From Rhodopila sp. (GTDB lineage Bacteria > Pseudomonadota > Alphaproteobacteria > Acetobacterales > Acetobacteraceae): a stretch of 37,508 nucleotides of DNA. The stretch lies in the NCBI GenBank assembly GCA_036272115.1, contig DATAZJ010000386.1:1-37508 (forward strand), written 5' to 3'. Positions 19,086 to 28,612 of the stretch are shown piece by piece. The number at the start of each line of letters is the position of its first letter. Position 1 is the first letter of the stretch. The position numbers and the translations under genes are program-made. A model generated the notes under the pieces. That model was not told the origin of the DNA. It saw nothing but the letters and a program-made list of their open reading frames with translations, and did not search any database.

Positions 19086-19467
19086 GGACCCCAAGAAGCG
19101 CATCTTGATCGTCGAGGATGCGGGCCTCGTGCGGATGTACTATCGTGAGGCGCTGGAGGGCGCGGGTTTCGATGTGGATGAGGCGCTGAACGGCCTTGAG
19201 GCATTGGAGAAACTGTTGACCGCTCCGGTTGACCTTCTGATTGTCGACGTGAACATGCCGCAGATGGACGGCTTGACGTTCCTGAAGGCGCTGCGGCGCC
19301 AGCCGCCGGCGATCGCGTCGATCCCGGTGCTGATCACCACGACGGAGTCCGGTCCGCAGGATATCCAGGCTGCCCGCAAGGCTGGTGCGAACTTCTACCT
19401 GACCAAACCGGTCGGGCAGGAACAACTGGTGCTGCACGCGTGCATTCTGAGCGGTCGTGCCGCGTGA
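19078..19467 (+). CDS. cheY: CheY-like response regulator
   Basis: GTG start at 19078 after GGAGG. ILIVED..LLIVDVNMPQMDG..ITTTE..YLTKP. Confidence 0.88.
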   Translation: MAEDPKKRILIVEDAGLVRMYYREALEGAGFDVDEALNGLEALEKLLTAPVDLLIVDVNMPQMDGLTFLKALRRQPPAIASIPVLITTTESGPQDIQAARKAGANFYLTKPVGQEQLVLHACILSGRAA

Positions 19468-21536
19468 ACCCGTTCATCGAACAATTCCTGATCGAAGGGC
19501 GGGAACTGGTCGAGCAGGCGGTGAGCGACCTGCTGGCGCTGGAGACCCACCCCGGCGAGGCCACCCACCTGGATGGCCTGTTCCGGGCGATCCATACGCT
19601 GAAGGGGTCGGCCGGGATTGTCGACTTCGCGGCGATGGCGCGCGGCCTGCATGCCGCGGAAGACGCGTTGTCGGCCGTCCGCGCCGGAAGCCACGCGCTG
19701 ACGCCGGCGCTGATCGGCGATTGCCTGTCCGCGCTCGACCAGGTGACGCGATGGCTGGACGCGATCGAGGCATCGGGCGGGGAACCGCCGGGCGATGCGG
19801 ATGCGGACGCGGATGCCATGGCGGCCCGGTTCGGCGGCACGACGGCCGCTGAAGCGGCGACACCGCCCTCCCCTACCGATACGGTCGCGGCCGATCCGGG
19901 CGGCGCCGATCCGGGCGCGGCTGATCTGGATGCGCCCGATCTGGACGCGATTTGTCGCGAAATCCTGGAGGCGCAGCATCGGATGCTCGATGTGGCGGAG
20001 CCGCGTGGGCTTCCCGGGCATCTGTCATCGGCCAGCCGTGTCGTGACGAATGTACTGCGTCATGTCGGCTGGCCGGCTGGGATGGGAGAAGATTTCGCAG
20101 GTATCGAGGCGGCCGGCGATCCGGCGCCGCTGATCGCGACCATCCGGACGCTGCTCGGCGCTTCGGCGACGGTCCGTCTGAATATCGCCGGCGATTCCCC
20201 CGCGGGCAGAGGCCCGCAAGATCCCCCTCTGGGCGGAGGCCGGCAAGACCCCCCCGCGGGCGGAGGGCCGCAAGTCCCCCCGGTGGGGGGAGGGCCGCCC
20301 TACCCCCCCGTGAGCAGGCGTTCAACCGACCTTGCCGATGGCACGCGGCCGGCCCCGGATGTGGCGGCGCGCGCGTTGCGGGTGGATGTCGAGCGGATCG
20401 ATACCCTGGTCCGCCTGGCAGGCGAACTGACGGTCATCAAGAGCGCCTTCGGCCTGCTGTGCGGATTGGCTGAGACCGGCGCCGATCCGGCGGAATTGGC
20501 CGCCCGTCTGAAAGAGCAGCACGGTCAGCTCGATCGGCTGGCCACCGCCCTGCGGCACGCGGTTCTGCAGATCCGCGTGTTGCCTCTGCGCGAGGTGTTC
20601 CAGCGCTTTCCGCGGGTTGTGCGTGACCTGGGCAGCAATCTGGGCAAGCCGATCCAGTTGGTGACCGAAGGCGACGAGACCGAGGCGGACAAGGAGATCG
20701 TCGAGAGCCTGTTCGAGCCGCTGCTGCATGTGCTGCGGAATGCCGCCGATCATGGGCTGGAGGATGCGGCGGAACGGGTTGCCGCCGGAAAGCCCGTTCC
20801 CGGCACGATCCGGCTGCATGCCATCCGCAGCGGCGAGCAGGTCATCGTCGAAATCGAGGACGACGGACGCGGCATCGACGTGGAGCGTATCCGCGTTCTC
20901 GCGGCACAGCGCGGCGCGGCCAGCGCCGCGACCCTGGCCGCGATGAACGAGGCCGAGGTCGTGGACCTGATCTTTGCCCCCGGATTCTCGACCGCGGCGC
21001 GGGTCACCACCGTATCGGGCCGGGGCGTCGGGATGGATGCGGTGCGGACCGCGGTTGGGCGCCTGGGTGGGTTGGTCGGGATCGAAAGCCGGGCAGGACG
21101 AGGCACCACCGTCCGCTTCGTGCTGCCGTTCACGTTGCTGATCACCCGGATCATCACGGTGCAGGCGGAGGGCCAGACGTTCGGCATACCCTTGGATGGC
21201 GTGGTTGAGACGGTGCGGATCGGCAAGGACGAGATCGTGGCGGTCGGCGCCGCGCGGGCGTTCACCTTGCGCAGGCAAATCGTTCCGCTGTTCGATCTCG
21301 CGGCGCTGGTCGGAACCGGGGAAGGACAGTCTCGCGCCGATGAGGTTGTCGTCGTGGTGATGGTGATTGGGGGCGACCTGGTGGGGCTGGCGGTGGAACG
21401 ATTGGGCGACCCGATCGATGCGATGCTCAAGCCGATGGACGGGCTGTTGTCGGGCATGAGAGGGGTTGCCGGCACCACGCTGCTGGGCGACGGCCGTGTC
21501 CTGATCGTGCTGGATGTGCAGGAATTGCTTCGATGA
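19464..21536 (+). CDS. cheA: Chemotaxis histidine kinase
   Basis: Hpt FRAIHTLKGSAG, dimerisation LRVDVERIDTL, catalytic HVLRNAADHGLE, EDDGRGID, FAPGFST, VSGRGVGMD, and a C-terminal CheW-like domain. GTG start at 19464 overlaps the cheY stop. Confidence 0.95.
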   Translation: MNPFIEQFLIEGRELVEQAVSDLLALETHPGEATHLDGLFRAIHTLKGSAGIVDFAAMARGLHAAEDALSAVRAGSHALTPALIGDCLSALDQVTRWLDAIEASGGEPPGDADADADAMAARFGGTTAAEAATPPSPTDTVAADPGGADPGAADLDAPDLDAICREILEAQHRMLDVAEPRGLPGHLSSASRVVTNVLRHVGWPAGMGEDFAGIEAAGDPAPLIATIRTLLGASATVRLNIAGDSPAGRGPQDPPLGGGRQDPPAGGGPQVPPVGGGPPYPPVSRRSTDLADGTRPAPDVAARALRVDVERIDTLVRLAGELTVIKSAFGLLCGLAETGADPAELAARLKEQHGQLDRLATALRHAVLQIRVLPLREVFQRFPRVVRDLGSNLGKPIQLVTEGDETEADKEIVESLFEPLLHVLRNAADHGLEDAAERVAAGKPVPGTIRLHAIRSGEQVIVEIEDDGRGIDVERIRVLAAQRGAASAATLAAMNEAEVVDLIFAPGFSTAARVTTVSGRGVGMDAVRTAVGRLGGLVGIESRAGRGTTVRFVLPFTLLITRIITVQAEGQTFGIPLDGVVETVRIGKDEIVAVGAARAFTLRRQIVPLFDLAALVGTGEGQSRADEVVVVVMVIGGDLVGLAVERLGDPIDAMLKPMDGLLSGMRGVAGTTLLGDGRVLIVLDVQELLR
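19890..19949 (+). repeat. Four imperfect 15-nt in-frame repeats in the CheA linker (ADPGG/ADPGA/ADLDA/PDLDA)
   Basis: gccgatccgggcggc gccgatccgggcgcg gctgatctggatgcg cccgatctggacgcg. Confidence 0.75.
20193..20318 (+). repeat. About 4.6 copies of a 27-nt in-frame tandem repeat in the CheA linker
   Basis: Units start at 20193, 20220, 20247, 20274 and 20301, encoding DSPAGRGPQ / DPPLGGGRQ / DPPAGGGPQ / VPPVGGGPP / YPPVSR. Confidence 0.85.
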
Positions 21537-21775
21537 CGAGCCGGGTTTTGGTGGATTGTCCGGACACGACCGGAGGATCGGCGCGAATGTGATGAAGCGC
21601 CCGGATGTCCAAGTGTTGACGCAGCGGACCGCCTGCCGCGTAACATTGCCTTGACCATGGATGTGGCCCATTTGGTCGACGATGGTAAGTCTGGTCGCCG
21701 CTCGCGGTCTGGCGCATAGATGGCGGGCAGAGCGTCAAAGTCGTTTTATAGCAGGCGAAAGCGAGGTTAAGACCA

Positions 21776-22159
21776 ATGCCCTATAAGGTTTTGATCGTGG
21801 ACGACAGCAAGCTGGCGCGGATGATGATCGGCAAGCTGGTGCGCACGCTGCATCCCGACTGGACGCAGATCGAGGCCGTCAACACTGAAGAAGCATTGGC
21901 AACGGTGAAAACAACGGCGATCGATATCACGGTTCTCGACTTCAACATGCCCGGACGCGACGGTCTGACGCTGGCGGCGGAACTGCGCGAACACGAACCG
22001 ACAATGCCGGTCGCCGTCATGTCCGCAAACCACCAGACGGAGATCGTCGACCGATCCCGTCTGACGGGCGCCACCTTTCTGTCCAAGCCGGTGACGCAGG
22101 AGGCACTGGCCGGGTTTCTGGAAGATGCCCTCGCGCGTCTGAAGGCCGCGGGTCGATGA
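21776..22159 (+). CDS. Single-domain response regulator (CheY-like)
   Basis: VLIVDDSKLAR..VLDFNMPGRDG..MSAN..FLSKP. Confidence 0.9.
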   Translation: MPYKVLIVDDSKLARMMIGKLVRTLHPDWTQIEAVNTEEALATVKTTAIDITVLDFNMPGRDGLTLAAELREHEPTMPVAVMSANHQTEIVDRSRLTGATFLSKPVTQEALAGFLEDALARLKAAGR

Positions 22160-22818
22160 GCACACCCAATACCAGTGTGCTGGGCCCGCTGGAGCTGGAT
22201 GCGCTGACCGAACTCGTCAATCTTGGCGTCGGCCGAGCCGCGGTGAATTTGCGTGAAATGGTGAGGGAGCAGGTGCATCTCAGCGTGCCCCTGCTCAAGC
22301 TGGTCAACCGGGCGGAAGCCACCGCGTTACTGGACCGGCGTGAGGGTTCCAAGCTGGTGGCCGTCCATCAGATCTTCGAGGGCGACATCGCCGGACGGGT
22401 GCTGCTGATTTTTCCCGAGGTGAAAAGCCTCGAGCTTGTCCGAGCGGTTACCGGCGGCGCGTTGTCGCTGGAAGAGATCATCGAGCTTGAGCAGGAGGCG
22501 TTGGCCGAGACCGGCAACATCATCCTGAACGGGTGCATGGCGACGATCGCCAACCTGCTGGAACGCAGCCTGAAGATGTCGATGCCGGAAATCCTGCGCG
22601 GCGACGGAACCGACTTTTTCAGCTTGCCGCCACCGCCGGAAGCGGGGGACGTGGTGGTGTTCCTGCACATCGACTTTTCGATAAAGCAGAGGGATATCAG
22701 CGGTTACATCGTGATGCTTATGGACATGCCCTCGATCGCCGCACTGGATGGGCTGCTGAGAGCGTTCATCGCCCGGACGACCGGTTCGGCCGTATCTCCG
22801 CCAGATGCGCGACGCTGA
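22156..22818 (+). CDS. cheC: CheC/CheX-family phosphatase-like protein
   Basis: Two E-x2-N motifs (DALTELVNLGVG, EALAETGNIILNG) and the LSVP/MSMP strands of the CheC fold. Confidence 0.8.
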   Translation: MSTPNTSVLGPLELDALTELVNLGVGRAAVNLREMVREQVHLSVPLLKLVNRAEATALLDRREGSKLVAVHQIFEGDIAGRVLLIFPEVKSLELVRAVTGGALSLEEIIELEQEALAETGNIILNGCMATIANLLERSLKMSMPEILRGDGTDFFSLPPPPEAGDVVVFLHIDFSIKQRDISGYIVMLMDMPSIAALDGLLRAFIARTTGSAVSPPDARR

Positions 22819-25171
22819 GGGCGCCTTCTGGGGCGACATATCGGATGCCCTGGACAGCGGGCTGATCGTCCTGGGCAGCGACGGCCGCGTGCTGACGTGG
22901 AATGACTGGATGACGTCTGCCACCGGTGTGGCACTCCAGGCTGCCGTCGGCATGCGGTTGGGGCAGCTTTTTCCCGCTTCGTCGTTACGGCGGCTGAACG
23001 CGGCCGTAACCGATGCCATTCAGTTGGGCGCATCCAGCCTGCTGACGCATTCGCTGCATCCGGCGCTGCTGCCGTTGCGGACGCGTATGGGCCGTGCGCT
23101 GGTACACGATCTGTCGGTCCGCCCGGTCGGCAAGAAGCCCTATTCCTGCTGCCTCATCCAGGTTTTTGACGTCTCCATTGCCGCCGAACGCGATCAGGTG
23201 CTGCGCGCGCGGCAGAACGCCCGCTATGCCGCCGTGGTCGACAATGCCCCGGATGCGATCCTGACGATCGACATCGACGGGTTGATCCAGTTCGCCAACC
23301 CCGCCGCCGCCGGCGTGTTCCACTGTGCCGTTCCCGCCCTGGTGGGCCGGCCGGTGGCGGAATTCTTCCAAAGCCAGGATGCCTGGGTCGCGACGTGGCA
23401 CGCGGCCCGCGGCGGCAAGCCGCAGCGGCGTCCGCTGGAATTCGTCATCCGCCGGAACGACGGCACATCGAGCTTCGTGGAGGTTTCGGCGTCGCGCTGG
23501 ATGAACGATTCGCGGGCATTTGTCAGCGTGATCCTGCGCGACGTCAACGAGCGCCATGCCGTCGAGGAGACGCTGCGCCGGTTGAACGAGACGCTTGAGG
23601 AGCGGGTGGCGATCAGCCTGGCCGAGCGCCGGGTGCTCGCGGACATCGTCGAGAACACCGATGCCTACATCCAGGTCGTGGGTTTCGATTATCGCCTGCT
23701 GGCGGTGAACAGGGCGAGCGCGGCGGCGTTCGAGCGGATGTTCGGCAGGCGCCCGGCGGTCGGCATGAATATCCTTGATCTCCTCGCCGATCATCCGGTG
23801 GAGCAGGCCCTGATGCAGACCCTCTGGGCTCGTGCGTTCGCCGGCGAAGCGTTCACGGTGGTGGAGCCGTTCGGCGCGCCGGCCGGCGCCCAGCGGTTCC
23901 ATGAATTCAAGTTCAACGCCCTGCGGGACGCGGCCGGCGTTCAGTTCGCCGCTTTCCAGTTCGTCTACGACGTGACCGACCGGCTGGAGGAGCAGGCCCA
24001 GTTGGCGCGCACGGAGGAAGCGCTGCGGCAATCCCAGAAGATGGAGGCGATCGGCCAGCTTACCGGCGGGATTGCGCATGATTTCAATAATTTGCTGACG
24101 GGCATTATCGGGGCGATGGATATCGTCAAGCGCCGGCTTGCCGCGGGCCGGCAAGAGGATGTGCAGCGCTTCATGGACGCCGCGACCACGTCGGCCAACC
24201 GGGCGGCGGCGCTGACCCACCGGCTGCTCGCGTTCGCACGCCGCCAACCGCTTGATACCAAAGCGACCGACGTCAACCAGTTGATCCGGGGGATCGAGGA
24301 TTTCCTGCTCCGAACGCTGGGCGAGCGGGTGGAACTGAAGGTGAAATTGGCCGCAGACCTGTGGCTGACGCTGACCGACGCCAATCAACTGGAAAATTCC
24401 ATCATCAACCTGGCGATCAATGCGCGCGATGCCATGCCGGGCGGTGGCAGCCTGACCATCACGACGAAGCAGGTCGTCGTGGAGTTTCCGGTTCTGTCGG
24501 GTTCGGACGAGATCCAGCCCGGCGACTATACGGTGATCCAGGTCAGCGACACCGGAACGGGCATCGATGCCGCAGCGCTGCCGAAAGTCTTCGAACCGTT
24601 CTACACCACCAAGCCCCTGGGCCAGGGCACCGGCCTGGGGCTGTCGATGATCTACGGCTTCGTCAAGCAGACCCAGGGAAACGTGCTGATCGAGAGCACC
24701 CTGGGTAAAGGCACCTGCGTAAGCCTGTATTTCCGGCGCTTCCACGGCACGCTGGAGATGAAGGGGCCCCGCCCGCATCACGCCATGCCGCGCGGAGAAG
24801 GCGAAACCGTTCTGCTGGTCGAGGATGACTCATCGGTTCGCCTGCTGATTGGGGAGGTGTTGCGCGACCTGGGCTACGCCTGCATCGAGGCGATCGACGG
24901 GCAGGCGGCGGTTCCCATTTTGAGTTCAAACGTCCGGCTCGACCTGATGATCACCGACGTGGGGCTGCCGGGGCTGGACGGGCGGCAGCTTGCGGATTTT
25001 GCCCGGCATCACCGGCCCGACCTCAGGATTCTATTTGTCACCGGCTATGCCGAGCATGTGAAGGGCGGAGAGAATTTTCTCGACGCGAATATGGAAATGG
25101 TGACGAAACCATTTACCCTGGACGCACTGGCTTTCAAGATACGGGACATGCTGGCGTCCCCCGTCCAGTAG
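22805..25171 (+). CDS. Cytoplasmic PAS x3 - HisKA - HATPase - REC hybrid histidine kinase
   Basis: PAS-type segments (LIVLGSDGRVLTWN, ILTIDIDGLIQFAN, VVGFDYRLLAVN). H-box GGIAHDFNNLL, N-box NLAINARDAM, DTGTGI, FYTTK..GTGLGL, receiver LLVEDD..ITDVGLP..TKP. Confidence 0.93.
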   Translation: MRDAEGAFWGDISDALDSGLIVLGSDGRVLTWNDWMTSATGVALQAAVGMRLGQLFPASSLRRLNAAVTDAIQLGASSLLTHSLHPALLPLRTRMGRALVHDLSVRPVGKKPYSCCLIQVFDVSIAAERDQVLRARQNARYAAVVDNAPDAILTIDIDGLIQFANPAAAGVFHCAVPALVGRPVAEFFQSQDAWVATWHAARGGKPQRRPLEFVIRRNDGTSSFVEVSASRWMNDSRAFVSVILRDVNERHAVEETLRRLNETLEERVAISLAERRVLADIVENTDAYIQVVGFDYRLLAVNRASAAAFERMFGRRPAVGMNILDLLADHPVEQALMQTLWARAFAGEAFTVVEPFGAPAGAQRFHEFKFNALRDAAGVQFAAFQFVYDVTDRLEEQAQLARTEEALRQSQKMEAIGQLTGGIAHDFNNLLTGIIGAMDIVKRRLAAGRQEDVQRFMDAATTSANRAAALTHRLLAFARRQPLDTKATDVNQLIRGIEDFLLRTLGERVELKVKLAADLWLTLTDANQLENSIINLAINARDAMPGGGSLTITTKQVVVEFPVLSGSDEIQPGDYTVIQVSDTGTGIDAAALPKVFEPFYTTKPLGQGTGLGLSMIYGFVKQTQGNVLIESTLGKGTCVSLYFRRFHGTLEMKGPRPHHAMPRGEGETVLLVEDDSSVRLLIGEVLRDLGYACIEAIDGQAAVPILSSNVRLDLMITDVGLPGLDGRQLADFARHHRPDLRILFVTGYAEHVKGGENFLDANMEMVTKPFTLDALAFKIRDMLASPVQ

Positions 25172-25214
25172 CCGGGACGACTTCAAATCTTCGAACAGTG
25201 CGGGCCGGGAGGGG

Positions 25215-25239
25215 CAAACCGGATGCCTGCCGGCGCGTT
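25215..25239 (+). promoter_or_regulatory. EcfG-type general stress promoter candidate
   Basis: CAAAC-N16-CGTT, 27 bp upstream of ATG 25267. Confidence 0.5.
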
Positions 25240-25266
25240 CCGGCGTGGTGACCGGAGAAAACACCA

Positions 25267-25707
25267 ATGAAGTCCAAATGCGTCGCCCAGGAGTCGGATC
25301 AGCGGACGTTTGTCTTGATTCTGGATCGGGGCGAGGAGGCATTCGCCTGCATCAGCCGCTTCGCGGAGCGCGAAAACATTGCCGCCGCGTCGCTGACCGC
25401 ATTGGGAGCCTTTGAAAGCGCCAAGGTGGGATGGTTCGACGTCGAGGCGCGCAAGTATCATTCTATTCCCGTCAAGGAACAATGTGAGGTCTTGAGTCTC
25501 ATCGGGGATATCGCCACCGGCGACGATGCCAAGCCAAGCCTGCACGTTCATGCCGTGCTCGGTTTGAGCGATGGGACAACGCGGGGCGGCCATCTGATGG
25601 AAGGCATCGTGCGGCCGACGCTGGAAGTGACCGTGGTGGAAACGGCCGCACATCTCAGGCGGAAGAAACGGGCGGACCTGGGTCTCGCGCTCATCGATCT
25701 GTCCTGA
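25267..25707 (+). CDS. PPC/DUF296 domain protein
   Basis: LILDRGEE, TALGA, EVLSLIGDI, LHVHAVLG..GTTRGGHL..VRPTLEV. Confidence 0.9.
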   Translation: MKSKCVAQESDQRTFVLILDRGEEAFACISRFAERENIAAASLTALGAFESAKVGWFDVEARKYHSIPVKEQCEVLSLIGDIATGDDAKPSLHVHAVLGLSDGTTRGGHLMEGIVRPTLEVTVVETAAHLRRKKRADLGLALIDLS

Positions 25708-25723
25708 GCCGGTGGAGGGGTAG

Positions 25724-26716
25724 ATGTCGAAGATCGCAGTCATTACCGGAGCCGGGGCCGGTGTCGGGCGGGCGACCGCGGTGGAATTCGCCCGCAATGG
25801 ATGTGACGTGGCGTTGCTGTCACGTGATCCAGCCAGGCTGGAGGAAGCGGCCGCCGAATGCCGGGGATTTGGGGTGCGCGCGGTTCCCATCCCGACCGAC
25901 GTGGCGGATGCCGATGCGGTGGACGCGGCGGCGGAGCGAGCCGAAAAGGAACTCGGGCCGATCGATGTCTGGGTCAATGTCGCGATGGCCACGGTGTTCG
26001 CGCCGGTTCACATGCTGACCGCGGCGGAATTCCAGCGTGGGACGGCCGTGACCTATCTCGGCCAGGTGCATGGAACGATGGCGGCGCTGAAGCATATGCG
26101 GCCGCGCAACAAAGGTTCGATCGTCTGTGTCGGGTCGGCGCTTGCGTACCGGTCGGTGCCGCTGCAATCGATCTACTGTGGGGCAAAGTTCGCCATCCGC
26201 GGCTTCCTGGATGCGCTGCGATCGGAACTTTATCACGATGAGATCGCGATAACGCTGACGGAGGTCGATTTGCCGGCGATCAACACGCCGCAGTTCGACT
26301 GGGCGCGAAACAAGATGGGCCGGAAAGCACAGCCGGTGGCACCGATCTTTCAGCCGGAAGTCGCGGCTCGGGCGATCCACTTCGGCGCGTTCAATCCGCG
26401 GCGGCAGATCTGGGTGGGTTTGCCGACACTGAAGGCGATCCTGGCGAACCGTGTCGCGCCGGGCTTGCTCGACCGCTATCTGGGAAAGACCGGTTATACT
26501 GGGCAACTGACGGATCAGCCGTCGGATCCGGATGCTCCCGGCAATTTGTTCGAGCCTGTGGCAGGGTCGTACGGCGCGCATGGTCGGTTCGATGACCAAG
26601 CGAAAAAATGCAGTGGGGAGATGTTCACCAGCCGTCACCGCGACGCTGCCTGGGCGGCGGTGCTGGTGGGCGTGGCAGCCGGCGCCTGCCTGCTGTTCAG
26701 GCGGCGCGGAGCGTAG
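25724..26716 (+). CDS. SDR-family oxidoreductase with C-terminal hydrophobic tail
   Basis: ITGAGAGVG and catalytic S..YCGAK, DLPAINTPQF. RBS GGAGG. Confidence 0.92.
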   Translation: MSKIAVITGAGAGVGRATAVEFARNGCDVALLSRDPARLEEAAAECRGFGVRAVPIPTDVADADAVDAAAERAEKELGPIDVWVNVAMATVFAPVHMLTAAEFQRGTAVTYLGQVHGTMAALKHMRPRNKGSIVCVGSALAYRSVPLQSIYCGAKFAIRGFLDALRSELYHDEIAITLTEVDLPAINTPQFDWARNKMGRKAQPVAPIFQPEVAARAIHFGAFNPRRQIWVGLPTLKAILANRVAPGLLDRYLGKTGYTGQLTDQPSDPDAPGNLFEPVAGSYGAHGRFDDQAKKCSGEMFTSRHRDAAWAAVLVGVAAGACLLFRRRGA

Positions 26717-26749
26717 CTGCCCGGTTACCGGGATTTTAGTCACGTTCAC

Positions 26750-26774
26750 AAAACTGTGCCGCCGATCCGCCGTT
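26750..26774 (+). promoter_or_regulatory. EcfG-type general stress promoter candidate
   Basis: AAAAC-N16-CGTT, 47 bp upstream of ATG 26822. Confidence 0.5.
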
Positions 26775-26821
26775 AACGCCGCACCGAACGACTGCCCCCC
26801 TGTATCGCGGAGTATCCGACC

Positions 26822-28609
26822 ATGAGCATGAATGTCAGCGAGTTTGTTTGGCATCGCCTGGGGGAATGGGGTCTCAAGCGTGTCTACGGCTATCCTGGCG
26901 ACGGGGTGGGCGGCCTGGATGTCGCGCTGGAGAAAGCCAAGGACCGGATGGAGTATATCCAGGTCCGGCACGAGGAAATGGCCGCGTTCATGGCGTCGGG
27001 ACATGCGAAATTCACCGGTCAACCGGGTCTTTGCTATGCCACGTCCGGTCCGGGTGCGATCCATCTTCTGAACGGTCTTTATGACGCCAAGATGGATCAC
27101 GTGCCGGTCGTTGCGATCGTTGGCCAGCAGGCTCGTTCGGCGCTGGGCGCGCACTACCAGCAGGAAGTCGATCTGCAATCGCTGTTCAAGGATGTCGCCG
27201 CCGATTTCGTGGCGATGGCCAGCGTCCCGTCCCAGGTTCGGCATCTGATCGACCGAGCGGTGCGGATCGCCAGCACACGGCGCACCGTGACCTGCGTCAT
27301 CCTGCCAAACGATCTGCAGGAATTGCCGTATGAGGACCCGCCGCTGGTCCACGGCACGACGCATACCGGCGTTGGCTATGCCGGACCGGCGCAGTTGCCG
27401 GATGACGGCGTCCTGCGCGCGGCGGCTGGCGTGCTGAATGCCGGCAAGAAGGTCGCGATCCTGGTTGGCGCCGGGGCGCTGGGTGCGACCGACGAAGTCA
27501 TCGCGGTCGCCGAGAAGCTGCAGGCGGGGGCGGCGAAAGCGCTGCTGGGAAAAGCCGTCCTGCCGGACGATCTGCCCTGGGTAACCGGCTCGATCGGCCT
27601 GCTGGGCACCAAGCCGAGTTGGGACCTGATGAAGGGATGCGACACGTTCCTGATGATCGGGTCGGCGTTTCCATACAGCGAGTTCCTGCCCAGTCCGGGC
27701 AAGGCTCGGGGTGTCCAGATCGACATCGACGGCACGCGGGTCAGCCTGCGCTATCCGATGGAGGTCAGCATGGTCGGTGACAGCGCCGTGACCTTGCGGG
27801 CGTTGTTGCCGCTGCTGGAGCAAAAGCAGGCGAACGGCTGGCGGAAGGAGATCGAATCCGGCGTTGCCGCCTGGTGGAAGACGCTGGAGAAGCGGGCGCT
27901 GGAGCCGGCCAGTCCGATCAATCCGCAGCGTGTGTTCTGGGAATTGTCCAAGCGCTTGCCGGAGAACTGCATCATGACCGGCGATTCCGGATCGGTGGCG
28001 AACTGGTATGCCCGTGACATCCGGATGCGCCGCGGGATGATGGGATCGCTGTCCGGCAGCCTTGCATCTCTGGGTGCTGCCACGCCTTATGCCATGGCGG
28101 CGAAGATGGCCTACCCGAACCGTGTCGTCATCGCATTCATCGGCGACGGTGCCATGCAGATGAACGGCCTGAACGTGATGATCACGATCTCCAAATACTG
28201 GAAGCAATGGTCCGATCCGCGCCTGATCGTCATGGTACTGAACAACCGCGATCTGAATCAGGTCACCTGGGAGGAACGCATCCAACTCGGTGAGGGCAAG
28301 ACCGAGTCGACGCAGAGCATCCCGGATTTCGCTTATCATAAATACGCGGAGTTGCTGGGGCTGAAGGGCATTTTCGTCTCCGATCCGGAAAAGCTGGGGC
28401 TGGCCTGGGAGGAGGCGCTGACGGCCGATCGTCCGGTGATCCTTGAATGCTACACCGATCCCAACGTGCCGCCGCTGCCGCCGCATATTACCCTGAAGGA
28501 CGCCAAGAACTTCATGACGATGACGGCCAGTGAGCCGGAATTGGGCAGCGTGCTGAAAGGCAGTGTCAGGCAATTGCTGGCCAGCGTGCTGCCTGGCGGG
28601 AAAGGCTGA
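26822..28609 (+). CDS. Thiamine-pyrophosphate-requiring enzyme, pyruvate oxidase/PoxB-like
   Basis: YGYPGDG, VRHEEMAAFMA, TSGPGAIHLLNGLYDA, an FAD-domain GSIGLLG and the TPP motif GDGAMQMNG...LNN. Confidence 0.92.
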   Translation: MSMNVSEFVWHRLGEWGLKRVYGYPGDGVGGLDVALEKAKDRMEYIQVRHEEMAAFMASGHAKFTGQPGLCYATSGPGAIHLLNGLYDAKMDHVPVVAIVGQQARSALGAHYQQEVDLQSLFKDVAADFVAMASVPSQVRHLIDRAVRIASTRRTVTCVILPNDLQELPYEDPPLVHGTTHTGVGYAGPAQLPDDGVLRAAAGVLNAGKKVAILVGAGALGATDEVIAVAEKLQAGAAKALLGKAVLPDDLPWVTGSIGLLGTKPSWDLMKGCDTFLMIGSAFPYSEFLPSPGKARGVQIDIDGTRVSLRYPMEVSMVGDSAVTLRALLPLLEQKQANGWRKEIESGVAAWWKTLEKRALEPASPINPQRVFWELSKRLPENCIMTGDSGSVANWYARDIRMRRGMMGSLSGSLASLGAATPYAMAAKMAYPNRVVIAFIGDGAMQMNGLNVMITISKYWKQWSDPRLIVMVLNNRDLNQVTWEERIQLGEGKTESTQSIPDFAYHKYAELLGLKGIFVSDPEKLGLAWEEALTADRPVILECYTDPNVPPLPPHITLKDAKNFMTMTASEPELGSVLKGSVRQLLASVLPGGKG

Positions 28610-28612
28610 CCG

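Noticed and set aside
20193-20318. CRISPR-like array
   Set aside because: The repeats are contiguous, have no spacers and are in frame within cheA. No cas genes are present.
21710-21724. Sigma54-like TGGCGC-N5-TGGC upstream of the response regulator
   Set aside because: The -12 element deviates from TTGC, and such GG-N10-GC matches are common in GC-rich DNA.
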